Below, in pieces: positions 1 to 10,966 of a stretch of 64,000 nucleotides of DNA (position 1 is the first letter of the stretch; each line of letters opens with the position of its first letter). The notes beneath the pieces were generated by a model, which was given only the letters and a program-made list of their open reading frames with translations, did no database searches and had not been told where the DNA came from. The DNA is from Escherichia coli (GTDB taxonomy: Bacteria; Pseudomonadota; Gammaproteobacteria; Enterobacterales; Enterobacteriaceae): NCBI RefSeq assembly GCF_003334765.1, contig NZ_QOWT01000003.1; one strand, 5' to 3'. Both the position numbers and the translations under genes were made by a program.

Positions 1-651
1 ATCGAAAAACGGCTTTTACAGAGCGGCGAAGATTATATTGCGATGCTTGAGGAAGCTCTTGCGGGTTACGGACGTTATCTGGATCTGCTGCAAGCGCGTG
101 CCGAGCCGGATTTAATCATTCAGGCGTTCAATGAGTACCAGCTTTTGTGCGCCCTGCGGGAAGGGCCGTTTGGCGTGGCTGGACTGAATGAGCGAATTGA
201 GCAGTTTATGCAACAGAAGCGCAAAATTCATCGTCATCCGCACTCTCGTTGGTACGAAGGTCGACCGGTGATGATTGCCCGTAATGACAGCGCGCTTGGG
301 TTGTTTAATGGCGATATCGGTATTGCGCTGGATCGCGGGCAGGGGACGCGCGTCTGGTTTGCGATGCCGGACGGCAATATTAAGTCTGTGCAACCGAGTC
401 GCTTGCCAGAGCACGAAACTACGTGGGCGATGACGGTACATAAATCGCAGGGATCGGAGTTCGACCATGCGGCGTTGATTTTGCCGAGCCAACGCACGCC
501 GGTAGTAACGCGAGAGCTGGTTTATACCGCGGTGACCCGCGCGCGTCGCCGTCTGTCGCTGTATGCCGATGAGCGCATATTAAGTGCGGCAATCGCCACT
601 CGTACTGAGCGGCGCAGTGGTCTGGCGGCGTTGTTTAGTTCACGGGAATAA
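1..651 (+). CDS. recD: RecBCD exonuclease V alpha subunit RecD, C-terminal part (5' end lies outside the window)
   Basis: Open frame from nt 1 with stop at 649-651; translation matches the RecD C-terminus (helicase motif ...[11 protein letters not shown]...); gene-order context next to argA. Confidence 0.85.
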
Positions 652-712
652 ACGTAATTGCCGGATGCGACGTACGAGTGTTACGCATGTCGCATCCGAC
701 GATTTTCATCGC

Positions 713-2044
713 TTACCCTAAATCCGCCATCAACACTTTGGATTTACGCTGGTAGTTGTACAACTGCTTTTTGCTCTCGGGCAGTAAATCAATATCCACT
801 GGGGTAAATCCACGTTCCTGGAACCAGTGAATACTGCGCGTGGTCAGCACAAACAATTTGCTTAAGCCGCTCTGCTTCGCCTGAGCGGCAATGCGTTCCA
901 GCAGAACTTCACCCCTTGATGAACTGCGGTAATCCGGGTGAACTGCCACACAGGCCATTTCCCCAATCTTCTCTTCCGGGAACGGATAGAGCGCGGCGCA
1001 GGCAATAGTCGTGTTATCGCGCTGAATAATGGTGAATTTGTCGATTTCCATCTCCAGCTGCTCGCGAGAACGGCGTACCAGAATACCTTGCTGCTCCAGT
1101 GGGCGAATCAACTCCAGAATACCGCCAATATCGTTGATTGTTGCGCGACGAATCTGCTCGGCGCTTTCCATCACAATCTGCGTACCGATACCGTCGCGTG
1201 AGAACAACTCTTGCAACAGCGCGCCATCTTCCTGATAACTGATTAAATGACAGCGACGCACGCCGCTGCGGCAGGCTTTCACTGCGCCACGCAAAAAGCG
1301 CACCGTACCGGAGTTGTAATCGCCTTTCTCTTCCTGGGCTTCTACCCGCGCTTGCGCTTCGTTAGGGAAAAGTTCGGAGACAATATCACCGTCGTCATTA
1401 GTGACGCCCTGGGAAGAGCAAAAACCAATCATCTTTTCAGCTTTCAGTTTGATGGCCAGTTGAGTGGCAATCTCTTCCGAGGTCAGGTTAAAGCTCTCGC
1501 CAGTGACTGAAACAGCGACCGGCCCCATTAGCACTATTGCACCGCTGTCCAGTTGACGATGGATCGCGTCTTCATCAATCCGCCGGATACGCCCGCTATG
1601 GCAGTAATCCACGCCGTCATCGACGCCCAGCGGCTGGGCAATAATAAAATTGCCACTGACGACGTTGATATGCGCGCCCTGCAGCGGCGTGTTATTGAGA
1701 CTCATCGACAGGCGAGCAGTAATATCCAGTTGCAATGTTCCCGCAGCCTGCTTCACCAGTTCCAGTGTTTTGGCGTCGGTCACACGTATATTCTTGTGAT
1801 ACAGCGGTTCGTGGTGATGCGCAGCCAGATTTGCGTCGATCTGCGGACGTGCGCCATAGACCACCACCAGACGGATGCCGAGGCTGTGCAACAACCCGAT
1901 ATCATTAACGATACTGGAGAAATTCTCATGCTCAATGGCTTCACCGCCGAGCATGATGACAAACGTTTTTCCCCGGTGGGTATTGATATAGGGAACCGAA
2001 TGGCGGAATCCCTCGACCAACTCGGTTTTACGTTCCTTTACCAC
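713..2044 (-). CDS. argA: N-acetylglutamate synthase
   Basis: ORF-track frame 713..2110; the 443-aa product begins at the GTG at 2044 ([13 protein letters not shown]...), which matches ArgA; the upstream extension in the track is probably not translated. Confidence 0.93.
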   Translation of the reverse strand: MVKERKTELVEGFRHSVPYINTHRGKTFVIMLGGEAIEHENFSSIVNDIGLLHSLGIRLVVVYGARPQIDANLAAHHHEPLYHKNIRVTDAKTLELVKQAAGTLQLDITARLSMSLNNTPLQGAHINVVSGNFIIAQPLGVDDGVDYCHSGRIRRIDEDAIHRQLDSGAIVLMGPVAVSVTGESFNLTSEEIATQLAIKLKAEKMIGFCSSQGVTNDDGDIVSELFPNEAQARVEAQEEKGDYNSGTVRFLRGAVKACRSGVRRCHLISYQEDGALLQELFSRDGIGTQIVMESAEQIRRATINDIGGILELIRPLEQQGILVRRSREQLEMEIDKFTIIQRDNTTIACAALYPFPEEKIGEMACVAVHPDYRSSSRGEVLLERIAAQAKQSGLSKLFVLTTRSIHWFQERGFTPVDIDLLPESKKQLYNYQRKSKVLMADLG

Positions 2045-2275
2045 GGCACACCTCTTTGCATGATTATTCGAAATTAGTGTATTTTTATTCTGTTTTTTCG
2101 CAGGGTGCAAGTGTAAATTTTATGCGAGAGCGACTTTTTTATCAGTAATGCCGTGAATATAAAAAGAATGTTTACCGTTTATTAGATGACAGATTATGCG
2201 TCTTTCGCTAAAGTTTCCGGTCAAATTAGTCGTTTACTTGTTACACAGCTTAGATTTCTTTTGCTCGGGAGAGGC

Positions 2276-3529
2276 ATGTCAGGATCCAACACTGCAATCA
2301 GCCGTCGTCGTTTACTGCAAGGCGCGGGTGCCATGTGGCTATTGAGCGTAAGTCAGGTCAGTCTGGCTGCGGTCAGCCAGGTCGTGGCGGTGCGCGTCTG
2401 GCCTGCGTCCAGCTACACCCGCGTGACGGTGGAATCAAATCGTCAGCTGAAATATAAGCAGTTCGCGTTGAGTAACCCTGAACGCGTGGTGGTGGATATC
2501 GAAGATGTAAACCTGAACTCGGTACTCAAGGGGATGGCGGCACAAATTCGTGCAGACGACCCGTTCATCAAGTCGGCGCGCGTCGGGCAATTTGACCCGC
2601 AAACCGTACGGATGGTTTTTGAATTAAAGCAAAACGTAAAACCGCAGCTGTTTGCCCTTGCGCCGGTCGCCGGGTTTAAAGAGCGTCTGGTGATGGACCT
2701 CTATCCGGCCAATGCACAGGATATGCAGGACCCGCTGCTGGCGCTGCTGGAGGATTACAACAAAGGCGACCTCGAAAAGCAGGTGCCGCCAGCGCAAAGT
2801 GGTCCACAACCGGGTAAAGCAGGGCGCGATCGTCCGATTGTCATTATGCTTGACCCTGGCCACGGTGGCGAAGACTCCGGTGCGGTGGGGAAATACAAAA
2901 CGCGCGAAAAAGATGTGGTATTGCAAATAGCTCGCCGTTTGCGCTCTCTGATCGAGAAAGAGGGCAATATGAAGGTGTACATGACGCGCAATGAAGACAT
3001 CTTCATTCCATTGCAAGTGCGCGTAGCAAAAGCCCAGAAACAGCGTGCTGACCTGTTTGTCTCTATCCATGCCGACGCCTTTACCAGTCGTCAGCCGAGC
3101 GGTTCCTCTGTGTTTGCGCTCTCAACCAAAGGTGCAACCAGTACTGCGGCAAAATATCTGGCACAAACCCAGAACGCCTCGGACTTGATTGGTGGCGTGA
3201 GCAAAAGCGGTGACCGCTATGTCGACCACACCATGTTCGATATGGTACAGTCGCTGACCATTGCCGACAGCCTGAAGTTTGGTAAAGCGGTACTGAATAA
3301 GCTCGGTAAAATCAACAAGCTGCATAAAAATCAAGTTGAACAGGCCGGGTTTGCCGTACTAAAGGCACCAGATATTCCCTCCATTCTGGTCGAAACGGCG
3401 TTTATCAGTAACGTTGAGGAAGAGCGTAAACTGAAAACGGCGACTTTCCAGCAGGAAGTTGCGGAGTCTATTCTTGCGGGGATTAAAGCGTATTTTGCCG
3501 ATGGGGCGACGCTGGCGAGAAGGGGATGA
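2276..3529 (+). CDS. amiC: N-acetylmuramoyl-L-alanine amidase AmiC (Tat signal, RRRLLQGAG)
   Basis: ORF-track frame 2186..3529; ATG at 2276 gives [18 protein letters not shown]... with a twin-arginine motif and an amidase_3 domain (DPGHGG). Confidence 0.93.
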
Positions 3530-3571
3530 TAAAAAGGCGCTGAATGGCGCTTTTTTATGGGAGACCAGAAA

Positions 3572-3596
3572 CAAAAAAACACCCGTTAGGGTGTTC
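3572..3596 (-). terminator. Rho-independent terminator downstream of the tRNA gene
   Basis: Minus-strand hairpin aacaccc-taa-cgggtgtt followed by a run of T, immediately 3' of the tRNA. Coordinates approximate. Confidence 0.55.
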
Positions 3597-3602
3597 AATA
3601 AT

Positions 3603-3679
<77 letters not shown>

Positions 3680-3887
3680 TCCGTGGATGCGCACTATACT
3701 CCGCTCGCGTTTTCATGCAACCTTTTTTTTACCCCGATCACGGATTTGGCATGATTTTGAACAAAAACAAATCACTAAAGCCTATTTTTTGTGCAAAATT
3801 TGCGTCAGGGAGAGGCTGCTCATTTCATTAAACGCGGCGGTTTGTTATCTTCGTTGCGCCTTATTTTTTAACCTGAAGAAGAGAACA

Positions 3888-4985
3888 ATGAAAGGACGTT
3901 GGGTAAAGTACCTTCTTATGGGCACGGTTGTGGCAATGCTTGCCGCCTGCTCTTCCAAACCAACCGATCGCGGACAGCAATATAAAGACGGGAAATTTAC
4001 CCAGCCTTTCTCTCTGGTGAACCAGCCAGATGCCGTTGGCGCGCCGATTAACGCCGGTGATTTTGCCGAGCAAATTAACCATATCCGTAATTCGTCACCG
4101 CGTCTGTATGGCAACCAGAGTAATGTTTATAACGCGGTGCAAGAGTGGCTGCGCGCAGGCGGTGATACCCGCAATATGCGCCAGTTCGGCATTGATGCCT
4201 GGCAGATGGAAGGTGCCGACAACTATGGTAACGTGCAGTTTACCGGTTATTACACGCCGGTAATTCAGGCGCGCCATACCCGCCAGGGCGAGTTCCAGTA
4301 TCCTATTTACCGTATGCCGCCAAAACGTGGTCGTCTGCCGTCTCGTGCGGAGATCTACGCGGGGGCATTGAGTGATAAATATATTCTCGCTTACAGTAAC
4401 TCCCTGATGGATAACTTCATTATGGATGTGCAGGGTAGTGGGTATATCGACTTTGGTGATGGCAGTCCGCTTAACTTTTTCAGCTATGCAGGGAAAAACG
4501 GTCATGCCTATCGCAGCATTGGTAAGGTGCTGATCGACCGTGGCGAAGTGAAAAAAGAAGATATGTCGATGCAGGCGATTCGTCACTGGGGCGAAACACA
4601 CAGTGAAGCCGAGGTTCGCGAGCTGCTGGAACAGAACCCGTCTTTCGTCTTCTTTAAACCGCAATCTTTTGCTCCGGTGAAAGGGGCAAGTGCGGTGCCG
4701 CTGGTTGGTCGCGCGTCAGTTGCCTCTGATCGTTCCATTATTCCGCCAGGTACTACCTTGCTGGCAGAAGTGCCGTTGCTGGATAATAACGGCAAATTTA
4801 ATGGTCAGTACGAACTGCGTCTGATGGTGGCGCTGGATGTCGGTGGTGCAATCAAAGGCCAACACTTCGATATCTATCAAGGGATCGGGCCGGAAGCCGG
4901 ACACCGCGCAGGTTGGTACAACCACTATGGACGTGTCTGGGTGCTGAAAACCGCCCCGGGCGCAGGTAACGTCTTTAGCGGCTGA
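3888..4985 (+). CDS. mltA: Membrane-bound lytic murein transglycosylase A (lipoprotein)
   Basis: ORF-track frame 3459..4985; the real start is the ATG at 3888 (MKGRWVKYLLMGTVVAMLAACSS, lipobox); the upstream part of the track ORF runs across the tRNA and is an artefact. Confidence 0.93.
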   Translation: MKGRWVKYLLMGTVVAMLAACSSKPTDRGQQYKDGKFTQPFSLVNQPDAVGAPINAGDFAEQINHIRNSSPRLYGNQSNVYNAVQEWLRAGGDTRNMRQFGIDAWQMEGADNYGNVQFTGYYTPVIQARHTRQGEFQYPIYRMPPKRGRLPSRAEIYAGALSDKYILAYSNSLMDNFIMDVQGSGYIDFGDGSPLNFFSYAGKNGHAYRSIGKVLIDRGEVKKEDMSMQAIRHWGETHSEAEVRELLEQNPSFVFFKPQSFAPVKGASAVPLVGRASVASDRSIIPPGTTLLAEVPLLDNNGKFNGQYELRLMVALDVGGAIKGQHFDIYQGIGPEAGHRAGWYNHYGRVWVLKTAPGAGNVFSG

Positions 4986-5073
4986 TGTGATATTCTGTAT
5001 GCCGTTTTTACGGATATGACAGGGTGAGGGGTAACCTCACATCCTGATTATTGACTAAGTGCGCGTTGTTCAT

Positions 5074-5171
5074 GCCGGATGCGGCGTGAACGCCTTATCC
5101 GGCCTACAAATCATGCAAATCCAAAATATTGCAGGAGTTATGTAGGCCTGATAAGCGTAGCGCATCAGGCA
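5074..5171. repeat. REP/BIME element (two inverted REP units)
   Basis: gccggatgcggcgtgaacgccttatccggcctaca and tgtaggcctgataagcgtagcgcatcaggca, a typical REP consensus in opposite orientation. Coordinates approximate. Confidence 0.8.
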
Positions 5172-5223
5172 TTTATGCGTTTAGGGTGAGGGATAACCTC
5201 GCCCTTTTTAATTCTGAGGTGCT

Positions 5224-6030
5224 ATGTCTGTGGTAATTAGTGATGCATGGCGTCAGCGTTTTGGTGGCACAGCGCGTCTGTATGGTGAAAAAGCGTTGCA
5301 ACTGTTTGCTGACGCGCATATTTGTGTGGTTGGTATCGGTGGTGTCGGTTCCTGGGCGGCGGAAGCGCTGGCGCGCACGGGGATTGGCGCAATCACGCTT
5401 ATCGATATGGATGATGTGTGCGTCACCAATACCAATCGGCAAATTCATGCCCTGCGCGATAACGTTGGGCTGGCAAAAGCGGAAGTTATGGCGGAGCGTA
5501 TTCGCCAGATTAACCCGGAGTGCCGTGTAACGGTGGTGGATGATTTCGTGACGCCGGATAACGTAGCGCAGTATATGAGCGTGGGTTATTCGTACGTGAT
5601 TGATGCCATTGATAGTGTACGGCCCAAAGCGGCGCTGATTGCTTATTGTCGGCGCAATAAAATCCCACTGGTCACAACCGGTGGCGCGGGTGGGCAGATT
5701 GATCCGACGCAGATTCAGGTTACCGATCTGGCGAAAACGATTCAGGACCCGCTGGCGGCGAAGTTGCGCGAGCGCCTGAAAAGCGATTTTGGCGTAGTGA
5801 AAAACAGTAAAGGTAAGCTCGGCGTGGATTGCGTGTTTTCTACTGAAGCGCTGGTGTACCCGCAGTCAGACGGTACGGTGTGTGCGATGAAAGCCACGGC
5901 AGAAGGGCCGAAGCGGATGGATTGTGCATCTGGATTTGGCGCGGCAACGATGGTGACCGCCACCTTTGGGTTTGTTGCGGTTTCTCATGCGCTGAAGAAG
6001 ATGATGGCGAAAGCGGCGCGTCAGGGTTAA
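5224..6030 (+). CDS. tcdA: tRNA threonylcarbamoyladenosine dehydratase (E1-like, ThiF/MoeB fold)
   Basis: 268-aa ORF with the GxGxxG motif VGIGGVGSWAAEAL; matches TcdA (CsdL/YgdL); adjacent to csdE-csdA. Confidence 0.9.
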   Translation: MSVVISDAWRQRFGGTARLYGEKALQLFADAHICVVGIGGVGSWAAEALARTGIGAITLIDMDDVCVTNTNRQIHALRDNVGLAKAEVMAERIRQINPECRVTVVDDFVTPDNVAQYMSVGYSYVIDAIDSVRPKAALIAYCRRNKIPLVTTGGAGGQIDPTQIQVTDLAKTIQDPLAAKLRERLKSDFGVVKNSKGKLGVDCVFSTEALVYPQSDGTVCAMKATAEGPKRMDCASGFGAATMVTATFGFVAVSHALKKMMAKAARQG

Positions 6031-6037
6031 ACAATCA

Positions 6038-6069
6038 GGTCGGATGAGACGCGAACGTCTTATCCGACC
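6038..6069. terminator. Bidirectional hairpin between convergent tcdA and csdE
   Basis: Inverted repeat ggtcggatgagacg ... cgtcttatccgacc in the 50-bp gap between two convergent genes. Coordinates approximate. Confidence 0.5.
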
Positions 6070-6080
6070 CGGTTCTGTGC

Positions 6081-6524
6081 TTAAACCTGCTTCGTCGCAG
6101 CGATAATCGCCTCGCTTAACGCATTTAACCCCTGGCTGCGTGAGGCGCTAAGCTGCGCACGTAATCCCAGCTCATCAAACAATGCCAGTGGTGACTGTGC
6201 CTGCAACTCGGCGGCGGTTTTCCCCTCAACGGCAGTCAACAACACCGCCAGCAGGCCGCGCACAATGCGCCCTTCGCTGTCGCCAAAGAAATGCATTTTG
6301 CCGTTTTCAGCCACTGTATATCCCAGCCAGACGCGGTTTTCGCATCCGGCAATCTCTTTAGCCTGCGCTTTTAACTCGTCTGGCAATGCCGGAAGCTGTT
6401 TCCCCAGCATGATCAACTGGCGATATTTATCTTCCCATTGCGTCAACGGTGCGAAGGTATTGCGTAACGTTTCTGCGGTTACGGTTGTGCCGAACGGATG
6501 TCCGGCGAATTGCGGGTTTGTCAT
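6081..6524 (-). CDS. csdE: Sulfur acceptor protein CsdE (SufE-like)
   Basis: 147-aa ORF matching CsdE/YgdK; start codon overlaps the csdA stop by 1 nt. Confidence 0.92.
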
Positions 6525-7729
6525 TAATCCACCAATAATTCCAGCGCGCGGTCAACGGCATTCACCAGCGCATCCACATCACTCTTTGTATTATATGGCG
6601 CAAAAGAGGCGCGCAGTGTGCCGGTTACGCCTAATTCTGCCAGTAGCGGCTGAGCGCAATGCTGCCCGGCCCGCAGGGCAATACCGTACTCCGCCAGCAG
6701 CGTCACCATATCGCTATGATGAACGCCAGCAAAATCAAAGGCCAGCAGGCTGGAATCCTGGCAGCGGAATGAACGAAAGCCGGGACGTTTCGCCAGCGCA
6801 TCTTCCGCCAGCGTTGCTAAGCTACGGCTCCAGCTTTCGGCCTGGTTGATATCGTAATCTGCCAGCCATTCCAGCGCCGCGCTTAATCCTATGACACCAG
6901 CGACATTTGGCGTTCCAGCTTCCAGTTTCCACGGCGCAGATTGAGTCGTGAAGCCGTCAAAACTCACTTCGTGAACCATTTTGCCGCCGCCCAGCCAGGG
7001 CGACATCGCCTCCAGCAGTTCTGATTTACCATACAGCACGCCGATACCTGTCGGGCCATACAGTTTGTGACCTGAAAAAGCATAGAAATCAATATCCAGT
7101 TGCTGAACATCCGCGGGGAAATGCACTGCCCCCTGAGCACCATCAACCATCACCACCATCCCGGCTGAATGAGCAAAGGTAATCGCTCGCGCCAGATCCG
7201 GGCAACCGCCAGTAACGTTCGACATCTGACCCAACGCCAGAATCCGACTACGGGGAGTAATCAGTTCTGGCAACAAATCGACATCCGGCAGTCGCTGCGC
7301 ATTAAGCGGCAATTTCACCACTTTGGCTCCAGTTTGTTGGGCGACCATCAGCCAGGGGACGAGGTTGGCGTGGTGTTCTGCCACGCTGACAATAATCTCA
7401 TCGCCCGGTTGCAGACGCGGACGCGCATAGCATTGTGCCACCATGTTGATGGATTCAGTGGTGCCGCGCGTCCAGACGATAGTTTTATCATCCGGTGCAT
7501 TCAGTAATTGCGCCACTTTCTCTCGTGCAGCTTCATAACGCGCGGTCAGGCGTTGGGCTTCGGCAAACTGGCTGCGATGGACGTTTCCGGCGCTCAGACT
7601 GTAAAACTGTTGGGTGGCTTCAACCACGGCTTCAGGTTTAAGCGCGGTCGCGGCGCTGTCGAGATAGACGCCCGCATCCTGTAGTGCGGGAAACTGGGCG
7701 CGAAACTGCGCGGGATTAAAAACGTTCAT
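6524..7729 (-). CDS. csdA: Cysteine sulfinate desulfinase / cysteine desulfurase CsdA (PLP-dependent)
   Basis: ORF-track frame 6524..7765; the 401-aa product starts at the ATG at 7729 ([16 protein letters not shown]...); class V aminotransferase fold. Confidence 0.93.
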
Positions 7730-7917
7730 GGTACTCCTCGGCTTGATGCACCGATCGTGACGCAAAATTCACTTTGATACAAGGAGAGTGCTAACCATCA
7801 GAATTATCTGGATATCCTGGCGAAGCCGCGTAAGTAACATATGCTGAATAGTGTTAGGCGTTAATTTTAGCCTGTTAATCAATACTATTAAGATTTATTA
7901 ATCACTTTAAGGAGAAG

Positions 7918-8148
7918 ATGATGAAAAAGACTGCCGCAATTATTTCTGCCTGTATGCTGACTTTTGCCCTGAGCGCCTGTTCCGGTTCGAACTATGTGAT
8001 GCACACCAATGACGGACGTACCATCGTCTCTGACGGCAAACCACAGACTGATAACGATACCGGTATGATTTCGTATAAAGACGCTAATGGCAACAAACAG
8101 CAGATCAACCGTACTGACGTGAAAGAGATGGTCGAACTGGATCAGTAA
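7918..8148 (+). CDS. ygdI: DUF903 family lipoprotein YgdI
   Basis: ORF starting [23 protein letters not shown] (signal peptide plus lipobox); the true start may be the second ATG at 7921. Confidence 0.85.
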   Translation: MMKKTAAIISACMLTFALSACSGSNYVMHTNDGRTIVSDGKPQTDNDTGMISYKDANGNKQQINRTDVKEMVELDQ

Positions 8149-8165
8149 TTCGCGATCGCAAGGTA

Positions 8166-8370
8166 AAAAAAAGCACCGCAATTAGGCGGTGCTACATTAA
8201 TCACTATGGACAGACAGGGTAAATGTACAGGAAGTGAAAAAAGGTAGCTTTGCTACCATGGTCTGAATCGCAGACCAATTGCAAACACAACAACACAACA
8301 TCACAACCGTAAGCCAAAAGTTCACCAGAACACGCATTCCGATAAAACTTTTCGTTCCGGCTCAGGAAGT
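8166..8370 (-). ncRNA. gcvB: GcvB small regulatory RNA, divergent from gcvA
   Basis: The reverse complement matches the GcvB sequence as I recall it (ACTTCCTGAGCCGGAACGAAAAGTTTTATCGG ... GCACCGCCTAATTGCGGTGCTTTTTTT), including the GU-rich region and terminal terminator. Ends approximate. Confidence 0.9.
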
Positions 8371-8498
8371 GCCGCCACTATAGGTATTTGCTGGTAGAAG
8401 CTCAACGGACAATTTATAATGGCTAAGATTAAAAAAACTAATAGGTTACATAGTGTGATCTAATTGTTAAATTCATTTAACATCAAAGTTTAATAGCC

Positions 8499-9416
8499 AT
8501 GTCTAAACGATTACCACCGCTAAATGCCTTACGAGTTTTTGATGCCGCAGCACGCCATTTAAGTTTCACTCGCGCAGCAGAAGAGCTTTTTGTGACCCAA
8601 GCCGCAGTAAGTCATCAAATCAAGTCTCTTGAGGATTTTTTGGGGCTAAAACTGTTCCGCCGCCGTAATCGTTCACTCCTGCTGACCGAGGAAGGGCAAA
8701 GCTATTTCCTCGATATCAAAGAGATATTTTCGCAATTAACCGAAGCGACGCGTAAACTCCAGGCCCGTAGCGCCAAGGGGGCGTTGACGGTCAGTTTACT
8801 CCCCAGTTTCGCCATTCATTGGTTGGTTCCGCGACTTTCCAGCTTTAATTCAGCTTATCCGGGAATTGACGTTCGAATCCAGGCGGTTGATCGTCAGGAA
8901 GATAAGCTGGCGGATGATGTTGATGTGGCGATATTTTATGGTCGGGGCAACTGGCCGGGGCTACGGGTGGAAAAACTGTACGCCGAATATTTATTGCCGG
9001 TGTGTTCGCCGCTACTGCTGACTGGCGAAAAACCCTTGAAGACACCGGAAGATCTGGCTAAACATACGTTATTACATGATGCTTCGCGCCGTGACTGGCA
9101 GACATATACCCGACAGTTGGGGTTAAATCATATCAACGTTCAGCAAGGGCCAATTTTTAGCCATAGCGCCATGGTGCTGCAAGCGGCTATCCACGGGCAG
9201 GGAGTGGCGCTGGCAAATAACGTGATGGCGCAATCTGAAATCGAGGCCGGACGTCTTGTTTGCCCGTTTAATGATGTTCTGGTCAGTAAAAATGCTTTTT
9301 ATCTGGTTTGTCATGACAGTCAGGCAGAACTGGGTAAAATAGCCGCCTTTCGCCAATGGATCCTGGCGAAAGCCGCTGCTGAACAAGAAAAATTCCGCTT
9401 TCGTTATGAACAATAA
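8499..9416 (+). CDS. gcvA: LysR-family regulator of the glycine cleavage system
   Basis: 305-aa ORF with an N-terminal HTH (LNALRVFDAAARHLSFTRAAEELFVTQAAVSHQIK); matches GcvA. Confidence 0.95.
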   Translation: MSKRLPPLNALRVFDAAARHLSFTRAAEELFVTQAAVSHQIKSLEDFLGLKLFRRRNRSLLLTEEGQSYFLDIKEIFSQLTEATRKLQARSAKGALTVSLLPSFAIHWLVPRLSSFNSAYPGIDVRIQAVDRQEDKLADDVDVAIFYGRGNWPGLRVEKLYAEYLLPVCSPLLLTGEKPLKTPEDLAKHTLLHDASRRDWQTYTRQLGLNHINVQQGPIFSHSAMVLQAAIHGQGVALANNVMAQSEIEAGRLVCPFNDVLVSKNAFYLVCHDSQAELGKIAAFRQWILAKAAAEQEKFRFRYEQ

Positions 9417-9434
9417 TTTACGTAGGGTACGACC

Positions 9435-9830
9435 ATGACCAGCCGTTTTATGCTGATTTTCGCCGCCATTAGCGGCTTCATTTTTGTGGCTCTGGGCGCT
9501 TTTGGCGCGCATGTGTTAAGTAAAACCATGGGGGCCGTTGAGATGGGCTGGATCCAGACCGGCCTCGAATACCAGGCGTTTCATACGCTGGCGATCTTAG
9601 GTCTGGCGGTGGCAATGCAGCGTCGCATCAGTATCTGGTTTTACTGGAGTAGCGTTTTCCTCGCGTTAGGCACGGTGTTGTTCAGCGGCAGCCTTTATTG
9701 CCTGGCGCTGTCCCATCTGCGTTTGTGGGCGTTTGTCACTCCGGTTGGCGGCGTGAGCTTCCTCGCGGGCTGGGCGTTAATGTTAGTTGGTGCTATCCGT
9801 TTAAAGCGCAAGGGCGTAAGTCATGAATAA
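9435..9830 (+). CDS. ygdD: DUF423 inner membrane protein
   Basis: 131-aa hydrophobic ORF; matches YgdD by sequence and position. Confidence 0.85.
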
Positions 9831-10923
9831 GGTTGTATTGCTGTGCCGTCCGGGCTTTGAAAAAGAGTGCGCCGCAGAAATTACCGATAAAGCCGGCCAG
9901 CGGGAAATTTTCGGTTTTGCCCGCGTGAAAGAGAATGCGGGTTATGTCATTTATGAATGTTATCAACCTGATGATGGCGATAAGTTAATCCGTGAGCTGC
10001 CGTTCAGTTCATTAATTTTTGCCCGCCAGTGGTTTGTGGTGGGGGAACTCCTGCAGCATTTGCCGCCAGAAGATCGTATTACCCCCATTGTCGGCATGTT
10101 ACAGGGCGTAGTAGAGAAGGGCGGTGAACTGCGTGTTGAAGTTGCCGATACCAACGAAAGCAAAGAGTTACTGAAATTCTGCCGTAAATTTACTGTTCCG
10201 CTACGCGCTGCCTTGCGCGATGCCGGGGTGCTGGCGAACTATGAAACGCCGAAGCGTCCGGTTGTGCATGTATTCTTTATTGCACCAGGCTGCTGCTATA
10301 CCGGTTACTCATACAGCAACAATAATTCGCCGTTCTATATGGGCATTCCGCGCCTGAAATTTCCGGCAGATGCGCCGAGTCGTTCCACGCTCAAACTGGA
10401 AGAGGCATTTCATGTGTTTATTCCTGCGGATGAGTGGGATGAACGCCTGGCGAACGGGATGTGGGCGGTGGATTTAGGCGCTTGCCCTGGCGGCTGGACC
10501 TACCAACTGGTGAAGCGCAACATGTGGGTTTATTCCGTCGACAACGGCCCGATGGCGCAAAGTCTGATGGATACCGGACAGGTGACGTGGCTGCGGGAAG
10601 ACGGTTTCAAATTCCGTCCGACGCGCAGCAATATCTCCTGGATGGTATGCGATATGGTTGAAAAACCGGCGAAAGTTGCGGCATTGATGGCGCAGTGGCT
10701 GGTTAATGGCTGGTGCCGTGAAACCATTTTCAACCTCAAACTGCCGATGAAAAAACGCTACGAAGAAGTGTCACACAATCTGGCGTATATTCAGGCACAG
10801 CTTGATGAACATGGCATAAATGCTCAGATTCAGGCGCGGCAGTTGTATCACGATCGCGAAGAAGTGACGGTGCACGTCCGCCGCATCTGGGCTGCGGTGG
10901 GTGGTCGTCGCGACGAGCGATAA
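9823..10923 (+). CDS. rlmM: 23S rRNA 2'-O-ribose C2498 methyltransferase
   Basis: 366-aa ORF matching RlmM (YgdE); overlaps the ygdD stop by 8 nt. Confidence 0.9.
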
Positions 10924-10966
10924 CAGGCAAGGCCGGGGCGTCGTCTCCGGCCTGCTACCCTTTCCG

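Noticed and set aside
2045-2275. Possible ArgR boxes in the argA/amiC divergent region
   Set aside because: I could not find a clean match to the ARG-box consensus (TNTGAATWWWWATTCANW) by eye, only AT-rich partial resemblances such as gtgaatataaaaagaatg; not reported as a feature without a matrix scan.
6265-6849. 194-aa + strand ORF overlapping csdE and csdA
   Set aside because: Antisense to two conserved genes with a clear operon structure; no domain signature.
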